This document shows positions 51,562 through 64,000 of a stretch of DNA of 64,000 nucleotides, piece by piece (position 1 is the stretch's first letter; every line of letters starts with the position of its first letter). The notes under the pieces were generated by a model, which worked only from the letters and a program-made list of their open reading frames with translations, did not search any database and had not been told where the DNA came from. The position numbers and the translations under genes are program-made. The stretch is from the human T2T-CHM13v2.0 reference genome, Homo sapiens, in NCBI RefSeq assembly GCF_009914755.1, contig NC_060925.1, one strand, 5' to 3'.

Positions 51562-52429
51562 GCAGAACTTCTTTCTTGGACCACCACTGCCCTGTACGTT
51601 CGTTAGCAGTTCCTGGGTGGAATGCAGTGTCGATGTTGCGAGTAGTCTCCACTGCTTTACGAACCATTTTGAACTCGAATAAGAAAATCACTCAAATTTG
51701 TTTTTTGTCTAATAACATTTCCATAGTCTAAAATAAACATAAAATGAACAGCAAGTAACAAGTCGTTAGCAAAAAAACATAAAGTGAGAAATGCCCATTA
51801 AAATGATGTATAACATAACCACATTGAAGAATGTATTCCAGTATCAAATGGTGAATTCCAACAGTGCAAAAACCACAATTAATTTGCACTAACCTAATAT
51901 CTACAAAGAAGCTGGCCATCTATATTTATACATGGTTCACCTCAAATTCAACAACTAGAGTCATCTTCAAAGCAGCATCATTTGGATAGGCTCTGGCCAT
52001 TGTTTTTTTCCCCTGCTTCTTTGTTTGCTAATACGGAACAAAGCCTCTTATTTTTCTGCTTGCTTTATCTACTAATATCTTACGAGTAGGTCTTTAATTC
52101 TTAGAGGATAAAATATCTTTTGATTTTTTAAAAATTATTTTGATAGCTAGATTTATTCGAAGGATTGTATGTTTGTTTTAGTTCGTATTTTGTCAGTTTT
52201 CTCAGGTTCTTTGAATGCTTTTAGCTACATGTTGGAGATTGTCCAAATTTGCAATTTTCCATTTTAATTTTATTTTATAAGTCCCGTATTTTGTTTTAGC
52301 CTATGAACAAGAAGACAGGCTGGGTTTTTATTATACTAACTTTGGGTCTGTTCCACAGTATAAAGTCTTGACGGCAATTTCTCATGTCTCTCCCCTCCAC
52401 TCTTCGCTTTCTCTCTCCTTCCCACTCAG

Positions 52430-53116
52430 GGTCTCTCCTGCAGCCTTGAACTCCTGGGCTCAAGCAGTCCTCCTGCCTCAGACTTTTGAGTAGCTGGGAC
52501 TACAGGCCAACCCTATTTTTCTTACTCTAGTCACTATTATTAGGTGTATTTTTGTTTTTTGGAGACTCGAGCTCAGTCTGTTGCCCAGGCTGGAGTGCAG
52601 TGGTGTGATCTCAGCTCACTACAACCTCAGCCTCCTGAGTAGCTGGGACTCCAGGTGTGTGCCACCACTCCTGGCTAACATTTTGTATTTTTTGTAGAGA
52701 GGGGATTTTGCTGTGTTGCCCAGGCTGGTCTCAAACTCTGGGACTCAAGTGATCTACCTGTCTCGGCCTCCCAAAGGGCTGGGATTACAGGTGTGAGCCA
52801 CTGTGCCTGGCCTACCTTTTTTTTTTTTTTTTAAGTCTTTTCCTTAAAAAAAAAAAAAAAAAATTAGGGGTGGGATCTCACTCTGTTGCCCAGGCTGGAG
52901 TGCAGTGGCACAGTCGTACCTCACTGAAACTTTAAACTCCTGGGCTCAAGCAATCTTCCAGCCTTAGCCTCCCAAGTACCTAAAACTACAGGCACACACC
53001 ATCACACCCACCTAATTTTTAATTTTTTTTTGAGGAGATGGCTTCTTGCTATGTTGCCCAGAATGGTCTTGAACTCCTGGCCTCAGGCAGTCCTGTGAGC
53101 CACCATAGCCACCCAG
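52430..53116 (-). mobile_element. Cluster of three antisense Alu pieces
   Basis: Pieces at ~52430-52507, 52555-52812 and 52870-53116. Confidence 0.85.
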
Positions 53117-53917
53117 TCTTTAAGTCTTCTAGCTATCTGTTGGCTTTAATTGTTAGCTCAGCCTTAAACCATGCCTTAATTCAGTTTATGTTGGCTTACC
53201 ACTCGAATCAGCATTGTAGCAATTTTAAATGAGTATTAGGTCATTGGTTGTTTGGGGGAGAAGACCTTAGGAAAGGATAGTTCATTTAGGATTTTTGGGG
53301 AGGGAATAGAGAAGAACAAAAGGAATATGTGCTGATGGTGATGCTAAAGCATGATAATGTTAGATGCATAAGGAGGACACGTTTCAGATAGTTTGAGGGG
53401 TTTTGTTTCCCCCTTCTTACTTTTGCAAGAGAATCTTCTAGGGATGCTGTTTTCAAGTCAGTTTTATTTTGAGACCTTGGCATGCTGGTCACAAAAGGCC
53501 ATTGCATATTTGGTACTTTTTTTCCTTTCCTTTCTAGAGCTTCTCTTAGCTGTATTATCTTTGATGTGCCCCACATTCTTCATAATAGCTGAGGTAACTA
53601 GAAATCATCCTTGGAGAAATTGTGCCATCTAGCCTACTAAGCGCAATAATTTAGGATTATAAGAATGCATATAGCAGGAATTCTACCAGGAGAAGCTTGC
53701 AGCTTTCACTTTGATTCACAAGAGAGAGTTGCCATAGCAGGTGTCTAATAATGCTTATAAAATGGTGGCTGGGGCCTATGACTGAATAATCAAACTCTGT
53801 GATTACCAGTCTGTTAACCGTTAGCTCCAGAGTACAGGAATGAGGGACATGTTGTGTCTTCAGGGAGGTGTGGGAATTTTTTTTGCCCACATCGTCTGCT
53901 GGACCACTCTACCTTAG

Positions 53918-54342
<425 letters not shown>

Positions 54343-54459
54343 TGACCCTTCTTTCTTATACCAGTGTTTTGTATATCATTTAGTGCTCTCTCTAATTCCG
54401 TCTCTGTGTCCATGTTTAATTGCTTTAGTTCACATAGTTAATATCATACAGGTTTTTAA

Positions 54460-54858
<399 letters not shown>

Positions 54859-56066
54859 CTGTTTAAAACTTTTAGTATCTTCCAATCACAAGCATACCCA
54901 TACATGGTGCTGTAATTTGCTTAGAACCTGCTTTCTTTTATACTTCCATTCCACTGTAGTAATCTGTATTAATATATTTTTTTCCTTTAAGCTCTGTTGG
55001 ATTGATAATCTCTTTCTTTTTAAGGTTTATTTCATCTCTACCAAAGCCTCCTTAACTCCTCAAATTCCCCAATCCACCTCTATAATTCCATATATTTTTG
55101 TCTGTACTCCTGCTTAGACTTTGTCTTATCGATTGTTGTTTATCTATTTGCATGCATTTCCTTCTAGACAAGGACCCTGGGGCAGTTCTGCTTGACTAGT
55201 GAGAAATATTTACTAAATATTAGGATGACTGGGGTCACTTCATTTTTCTGTGTCCCACAAGAGTGAGTTTTTTTTATCTACAACCCTCTTTCCCATATTT
55301 ATACTAGATGTCCCCCTACTCAAAGACAAGCAGAGAAGTTGGTCTTATGCTCTTCAGTTCATTTATATCGGGAAAGGAGGCAGAATTAATCAGCGTGGTG
55401 AGGAGACTTTGAAATGATGTCAAATGGGGAACAATAGGAGGAACTAGGATATTTAGCCAAAAGTAAAGGAAAATCAGGTGGGATATGATACCACTTTCCA
55501 AATATTTGAAAGGCTGTCATGTAGAAAAATTATAGACTAATTGTTATTATTAGTTTGTCTTCAGAGGGCAGCTATAGGATGAATAGGTAGCAGTTTGGGT
55601 CTCAACATTAGGAAGAGCTTTCTGAACATGAGGTCGGGAATTTTTCATGAGTGAAGCTGTGAAAAGAGGCAGAATGACTAGTGGTTTAAAGTGCTCTAAA
55701 GTAGATTTTTTAACTTGGACAGCATTGGACTAGATAGCTATGCTGAAGAATCTGAAGTTTTCCTGATTTAGTTCTAAGTTCCATGACCATGAATTTCATA
55801 AAAATATTTATTGTTTTGGGTTAAGACAATCTTGTATACATTCAGCAGTAATTAAGCACTTTTGATATGCTAAGTACTTCCTGTATGCCAGCTCTTGGGC
55901 ATTTGGAAGTCAGTAGTAGGCTTTTACTGTCAAGTAGTTCATATTTATAAGTGTAAAGATTTTGAGTTTTTCTTCTTTTTAATTTTTGAGAACCAGTGAA
56001 TAATTTGTTTTTTTTTTTATTCTCAAGATTAACAATTCCTAAAAATCAGTTTTGAGATTTACTTCC

Positions 56067-56413
56067 TATCTTAATCCATTTAGCCTGCTATAAAAAATAC
56101 TTTAGGCTGGGTAATTTATAAGCAATAGAAATGTATTACAGTTCTGGAGACTGGGAATTCCAAGATCATGGCACCAGCAGATGCAGTGTCTGGTGAGGGC
56201 CTATTCCTTATAGCTGCTTCTCTGTGTCAGAACATGCTGGAAGGGCCAAAAGTTTCCATCAAGCCTCTTTTATAAAGGCACTAATTTCATTCATGAGGGT
56301 GGAGCCCTCATAACCTGATCACCTCCCAAAGTCCCCACCTCTTAATATTACTTCATTGAGATTAGATTTCAACGTAGGAATTTTGGTGGGACACATACAT
56401 TCAGACCATAGCA
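56067..56413 (-). mobile_element. MaLR solo LTR (MLT1A/MST-like)
   Basis: Ends ...cattcagaccatagca; 5-bp TSD cttcc (56062-56066 and 56414-56418). Confidence 0.85.
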
Positions 56414-56463
56414 CTTCCCTTCCAAATACTAAAATTGTTTTTCTCTCTTCTTTATTTCCAGCA

Positions 56464-56550
56464 ATGTCTCAGGCTGTGCAGACAAACGGAACTCAACCAT
56501 TAAGCAAAACATGGGAACTCAGTTTATATGAGTTACAACGAACACCTCAG
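56464..56550 (+). CDS. RNF2: RNF2 coding exon 2 (aa 1-29); exon begins at 56462 with 2 nt of UTR
   Basis: Pyrimidine tract ...tttatttccag|CAATG; 87 coding nt giving [29 protein letters not shown]; donor CAG|GTAATG. Confidence 0.97.
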
Positions 56551-56689
56551 GTAATGACTAAGATGACTGCCAAGGGGCATATGAGACGTGTAAACTGGGA
56601 TACATTTTTAGAACATGAAAACTTAAATAGAACATAGAGTAATAATAAATTTATATTCAAGCATTCCTGACTTCTGTATGTTGGCTAAC

Positions 56690-57270
56690 ACTTTATTCAT
56701 TGATTGAACAAATAATCTGAATACTCTATACAAGCTTTTGTGGTAGGTACTGGGTGAACAGTGGTGAATAAAACAGATGTAGCACCAACCATGGACTTTA
56801 CAGACATTGAAAAAGTACATATCTATAAAATTCACATGTGAGAAGTTGTAGAAAGTTGGGCAAGTCCTCCTTGCTGTAATAAGTACTGATAAGGCACCAA
56901 GGAAGACTGTTTTGAGATGATGGCAGACTAGGGGAGGAGCAGGTTTGAAGGCAACAAACATGCTTAACACTGGATTAATTTTGAGATTCCTATACAACAG
57001 GCAGGCAGAGATGCCAACTATAGATGATTTTTATATTAGTCTGAACTAAATACAAAATTTTAGGGATTGACAGCACATTTTAAGCAATAAGAATGGTTAA
57101 ACTCATCCAGAGAGATGAGCAGAGGACCTATAACTTCATCCAGAGCTGTTTCAACATTTAGAAATTAGGTAATGGACAAGGAGCCAGTGAAGGAGACTGA
57201 GAAGAACATCCAGAGAAAAGGAAGGAAAAACAGGAGATTGAGAGAGAGGGGGGATTTAAAAGCTAAAGGA
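56690..57270. mobile_element. L2 fragments
   Basis: ttcattgattgaacaaata...gtggtgaataaaacaga; gagccagtgaaggagactgagaag. Confidence 0.6.
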
Positions 57271-57273
57271 AGC

Positions 57274-57481
<208 letters not shown>

Positions 57482-57695
57482 CTAAAGGAAGTATTTCAAG
57501 GAGGATGTAGTTAAAGTGTTTAACACTAGTGACAGGCTTAATAAGATGAAGGTTAGACAAGTGTAAATTAGACTTAACAATACAGTTGGCCCTCCACATA
57601 CATGGGGTTCTGCATCTGTGGATTCAAGCAACCACAACTGAAAAAATCCAGGAAGAAAAATTTTCACAAAGTTCCAAAAACCAAAATTTGAATTT

Positions 57696-57934
57696 TCCAT
57701 GTGCTAATAAGTACTATGTTGAATCCATGCAAGTGAGGTGCTGTATGGGCATTGTATTAAGTGTTAAAGTAATTTAGAGATGATTTAAAGCAGCATGCCC
57801 AGGGACCAGTTTCATCCATGTGCTAATAAGTACTATGTTGAATCCATGCAAATGAGGTGCTGAATGGGCATTGTATTAAGTATTAAAGTAATTTAGAGAT
57901 GATTTAAAGCAGCAGTCCCCAGGGACCAGTTTCA
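57696..57934. repeat. Tandem duplication, ~119-bp unit x2
   Basis: tccatgtgctaataagtactatg...cagggaccagtttca starts at 57696 and again at 57815, with few mismatches. Confidence 0.92.
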
Positions 57935-58235
57935 TGGATGATAGTGTTTCCATGGATTGGAGGTGGGTGGGTGGGTGGGGGATGGTTTCAGGATGAAACT
58001 GCACCACCTCAGATCATCAGGCATTAGATTATAATAAGGAGCATGCAGTCTAGATCCGTTGCATGTGCAGTTCTCAATAGGGTTCGGACTCTTACGAGAG
58101 TCTAATGCCACCACTGATCTGACAGGAGGCAGAGCTTAGGCAGTAATGCTTACTTGCCTGCTGCTCACCTCCTGCTGTGTGGTCTGGTTCCTAACAAGCC
58201 AATACCTGTCCATGGCCTGAGGTTCGGGACCCCTG
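57910..58235 (-). mobile_element. MER1B (hAT-Charlie MITE)
   Basis: cagcagtcccc...gggacccctg termini; 8-bp TSD atttaaag (57902-57909 and 58236-58243). Confidence 0.88.
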
Positions 58236-58658
58236 ATTTAAAGTATGTGGGAGAATATGCCTAAGTTATATGCAAACATCATGCCATTTTTTTATAAGGG
58301 ACTTGAGCATCCAAGGATTTTGATATCTGTGGAAGTTCCTGGAGCCAATCCCCCATGGATACCAAGGGTCGACCGTATATACTTGGTGACCTTGACAAGA
58401 GCACGTTCACCTGAGTAGATTGTACAAGTTTGAGGGTTGATTGGAATCATGGTGCATTCTCATCATTGGTTCATGTGATGAATCAAGGATATGATAATTA
58501 TATATATATGGCCCAGTAAGGGGAGGGTAGAAGTGACAAAAGATGAATAGGCAGTTCTTCAGAGAAATTCAGCTATGCAGGGGAGCAGAGAAATGGAGCA
58601 AAAACTGGAGACCAATGTGAAATTGAGTTTTCAATTGTGTTTATAAGATGGAGATAGA

Positions 58659-59130
<472 letters not shown>

Positions 59131-60299
59131 GAGGCTGGTGAAATTTTTAGTTACACCAAGGTGGTTTTCCCTTTTTCTTTTCCCCTACAGTGCTACACAT
59201 CTGCACAGGTACAGCCCTGGAGGAGAACATAGATGGTTGAATTTATCCAGGGTTGGGATTTTGTTAGGCATGTTCTAAAGAGGCAGAGGAGAACAGACTT
59301 GATTACTCTCTGGGTCATCAATATACTCTTGAGTGATAGTTTCCTAAATCAAGTTTGTCTAAGTGTTAAACTAAGGGAAAAATGAAAATTTTTTATTTCA
59401 TATTTATATAGAGAGGCTGAAATCTAACAAACATTTTATTAATGCTTGAGCCCTTTATGAACAATAGCTATAGTTTCTATATTTTTCTTTGTGGAGTAAT
59501 CCATCTTTGACCATATAAAGAAAGCACAAGTATGATGGACTGCCAGTGGAAACAGGAAGCACGGGAGCGTATTGAAAGCCACTTATTTATACCTGCATCT
59601 TCCTTTACAATTCTCGCCATACTAGAACTCTCCTCAATCCATAGGAGTTGATACTGGTGGCATTAGAGCTGAGTAATCTGTGTTCTCACTGCCAGCTTGT
59701 GGAGAGGGTAGTGAACCAAGTAGGATTCACTAATCATTCTGCAGCAGGGGAGATATGTCCTGAAATTTTACATTGGAACTCCAGATGCATTTTGGAGAGA
59801 AACATCTTTAGGCATGACAGTTAGATATAGCAATACATTTTATACTTTGGATATATTCTGGTTTAAATCAGCTCCTGGGTTAGCGTGAGAAGCTGACTAC
59901 TTTGTATAAAATTGCTCTGTGGAAAAGAATTTTCGGGGTTCAAAAGTATTTTAAAATGAAATTCTATTAAGCTGTTTATAAACTAGAGAAACTTTTATTG
60001 GAATCTTGTTTTAATGGGCAGCATGAAACATAATTTATTGTGAAAATGGTGTAACTTTTGAAGGTGGACGTTTTCTGAGGGTTAATTTAGCCCTAACTTT
60101 CTCATTTTGCAGGTAAGAAGACAATGTTAAATAATTATTTAGACTCAGCTAGTTAATTTGACTAGAACTAGATCTAACCTAAGGTATATGATTCCAAATT
60201 CAATTTTTTGTATTATACCAGACTAATTTCCCACTAGTAAGCTTTTAAATACATTAATATGTTATCTTTAGCATTAAAGCAAGAGCATTTTTATAACAG

Positions 60300-60455
60300 T
60301 GGTGGTGAGGCTGAGGGGAGCTGTAGGCGATTATAGTTGAAACAAAATTAGCTGTGAGTTGACAATGGCAGTGGCTGGGTGATGGGTACATATATGTTTG
60401 TTTTTACCATTTCCAGTACTTTTATATGTTTGAGCTTGTCCATAATAAAAAATTA
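60300..60455 (+). mobile_element. Old L1M 3' terminus just upstream of exon 3
   Basis: gctgggtgatgggtacat...tatatgtttga..ccataataaaa. Confidence 0.6.
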
Positions 60456-60456
60456 A

Positions 60457-61385
<929 letters not shown>

Positions 61386-61971
61386 GAGAAATACATTTTC
61401 TGTAAGTGTTTGATTGAAAACTAGAAATCTTTCTAAAGCCTAAGTTTTAATTGTAGGAAAATCTTTGTATTGAAATCGCTGATTTTTAGACACTTCATAA
61501 GATGAGTATTTGTTTTGAGGAAATTACAACGCATAAAACCACGATTTTTCCACTTAAGTATATAAAATAATATCCATATGAAAGTATTATTTCAGTAAAA
61601 TAATTTATTACATATAAATTAACATATATATATTAGTGGGTATTTTTTCCTTGCAAAGCATGGATATCGGAAAGGGGAAATTTAAATTAGAAAAAATAGA
61701 TTTTTATTTCTAAGATGGTTATATATAAATTATCTTGGGAAATACTCAAATTTTTTCTTTCGACGAGTGGTATAGAGGGTTTGAGGTTTCCAAAATCTTG
61801 CTTACCCACTAGTCAGATTTTCAAGGAAATTCAGGATAATTGGTTTACATTTCTGTGACTTATTAAAGGTATTGGAATAAAGGTGAATAACTATCCAGAA
61901 GCTGGGTATTTTTGTCTTTAGCCCAAAGATACTAGCATTGTTTACATTTGCTTTCCCCTCCTTTTATTTAG

Positions 61972-62187
61972 CAACAAAGAATGTCCTACCTGTCGGAAAA
62001 AACTAGTTTCCAAAAGATCACTAAGGCCAGACCCAAACTTTGATGCACTCATCAGCAAAATTTATCCAAGTCGTGATGAGTATGAAGCTCATCAAGAGAG
62101 AGTATTAGCCAGGATCAACAAGCACAATAATCAGCAAGCACTCAGTCACAGCATTGAGGAAGGACTGAAGATACAGGCCATGAACAG
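61972..62187 (+). CDS. RNF2: RNF2 coding exon 4 (aa 83-155), end of the RING and the helical region
   Basis: cttttatttag|C AAC AAA GAA TGT...ATG AAC AG|gtatat; 216 nt; [72 protein letters not shown]; phase continues from exon 3. Missed by the ORF track. Confidence 0.98.
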
Positions 62188-62409
62188 GTATATGGGAAAG
62201 AGGGTCAGAGAGGGTAGCTGTTTTTCTGAATACTTTATTAACAATTAAATTTACTTTTTGAAAAAGGTAAAATACAGTAACAAATAGTAGTACTGCATGA
62301 TTACCTTTCGTGCAGGTATAATACATGCCTCCAGGCATAATAGGGTATTTCATTTAAAATACTAGAATCTCTGTTTTACTTACTTTTTTCTCAACTTATT
62401 CTATTTCTT

Positions 62410-63700
62410 CTCTTTATAGCAAAATTCCTTGAAAGAGTTGTAACTCCAATTCTTTTCCTATTCTTTTATGAACCCCCTCCAATCAGACATTCATCCTCAC
62501 CACCCCATCATATTGCTCTTATCAATGTTATTAGTGATCTCTTCATTGTGCCATCTAATGGCTGATTCTCAGACCTCGCGTTACTTAGCAGCATTTGACA
62601 CAATTAATTTCTCCCTTCTCTTTGAATAATTTTCTTCACCTGGCTTTCAGGAGGCCATAGTCTCTTGGTTCCCTTTGTATGTCATTAACTGTTCCTTTAC
62701 TTGTTTCTTTTGTACTTTTTATTTCAATTTCCCCAACTGTGAAATATGGCGTGTCCCAGAGACCAGTGTTTGTTTCTCTTTTCAATACAAAATCTGTCTC
62801 CAAATTATCTTACTCAGTTTCATAGTTTTATTTACCATCTGTATGCTGATGACTCCCAAATTTATATATCCAGCCCGGACTTACCTGAATTTTAGACATT
62901 TCTCCATATGGGTATCTAATACTCATCTCAAACTTAACATGATGAATACTGAACTTACTCCCTACTTCTCTTCATTCTTACTCATTTTGGTTGATGGCAA
63001 TTCCATCATTCTACTTGCTTAAGCCAAAAACTTTGGAGTCAGTTTTTTTTTTTTATTTTTTTTATTTTTTGAGATGGAGTCTTGCTGTGTCACCCAGGCC
63101 AGAGTGCAGTGGCACCATCTTGGCTCACTGCAACCTCTGCCTCCTGGGTTTCCAGCGATTCTCCTGCTTTAGCGTCTTGAGTAGCTGGGAGTACAGGTGC
63201 ACGCCACCATGCCCAGCTAATTTTTGTATTTTTTAGTAGAGATGGGGTTTCACCATATTGGCGAGGCTGGTCTCAACTCCTGACCTTGTGATCTGCCTGC
63301 CTCGGCCTCCCAAAGTGCTGAGATTACAGGTGTGATCCACCACACCTGGCCTTGGAGTCGCTTTTAAATCTCTTTTACACATCCTGTATTCCAGTCCGTA
63401 AATAAACAAATATTTTTTGCTTTCTCCATAGTATATCCAGATTCATTCAGGCCACAACAATCTTTCATTTGATGTATTGAAGTAAGTTCCCAACTGGTTT
63501 TTCTACTTCCCATGCTTACTCCCACATAGTCTATTCTCAGCACAGCAGCCAGAGATACTGTTAAATTGAAAGGAAGATCATGGTTTTCCTTTGCTCAGAG
63601 CCCTCTAATAGCTTCTATTCACATTCAGGCTAAAAACTAAAAGACTTTAATGATGGTTTTTAAGACCCTATATAAGGTGGGCATTTTCCTTACCCTCATC
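62410..63700. mobile_element. L2 fragments with an Alu (63043-63351, -) inserted
   Basis: cagcatttgacaca, tgctgatgactcccaaattta, catctcaaacttaacatg; Alu TSD ttggagtc. Confidence 0.8.
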
Positions 63701-63797
63701 TTCTTTTCCTCTCTGACATTATCGTCTGATTTATTCAGGCCTCAAGGAGAATCATTATTTTCCATAGAAGGAGATAATAGTAAAGTCCATCTCAGTC

Positions 63798-63958
63798 TAG
63801 TGGTTTTCACCTTGGCTGAACATCAGACTCACTCAGAAAACTTTCAAATCTCATGGCTTTAGGCATCATCCCGGTCCCAGTAATCAGCATCCAGGCATTT
63901 CTGCTTTTAAGTTTCCATAGATAATTCTGGAGTGTAGTCAAGATCAAAAACCACTGGC
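63798..63958. mobile_element. MER5A-like hAT MITE
   Basis: tagtggttttca ... aaaaccactgg inverted termini. Confidence 0.65.
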
Positions 63959-64000
63959 TTAAAGGTTAAAAGATGTGCTCCATTCTAACAGTATTAAACT

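Larger units (their letters stand above)
57583..58375 (-). mobile_element. MER2/Tigger3-family element hosting a MER1B
   Basis: TA-cagttggccctcc ... agggtcgaccg-TA termini. Confidence 0.8.

Noticed and set aside
56356-56463. Apparent N-terminal extension of RNF2 in the ORF track
   Set aside because: Intronic/LTR sequence upstream of the acceptor at 56461, with a non-ATG start.

Overview
Primate (most likely human) genomic DNA containing the 5' part of RNF2 (RING1B, the catalytic H2AK119 E3 ligase of PRC1) on the + strand. It has a CpG-island promoter with non-coding exon 1 (donor after 14535), a ~42 kb intron 1, and coding exons at 56462-56550, 60490-60650 and 61972-62187 (residues 1-155, with an intact C3HC4 RING). 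The gene continues past the window end. The rest is repeat-dense: about 40 Alu pieces, old L1/L2/MIR, solo LTRs (LTR12, MaLR, MER4-like, MER21-like), Tigger/MER2 and hAT MITEs, and a near full-length decayed Hsmar1 mariner. Almost all ORF-track entries are Alu or GC-rich artefacts. I found no support for a wholly new gene or system. The best leads are regulatory: (1) a TSS-dependent 64-codon uORF that splices over the RNF2 start codon; (2) a second CpG-retaining islet in intron 1 with two YY1 motifs; (3) a sense LTR12 upstream of the first coding exon; (4) Hsmar1 TIRs that SETMAR could bind; (5) unusual transposon nesting and duplication signatures. Repeat subfamily names come from recalled consensus sequences and were not checked with RepeatMasker; repeat boundaries without a TSD are approximate.
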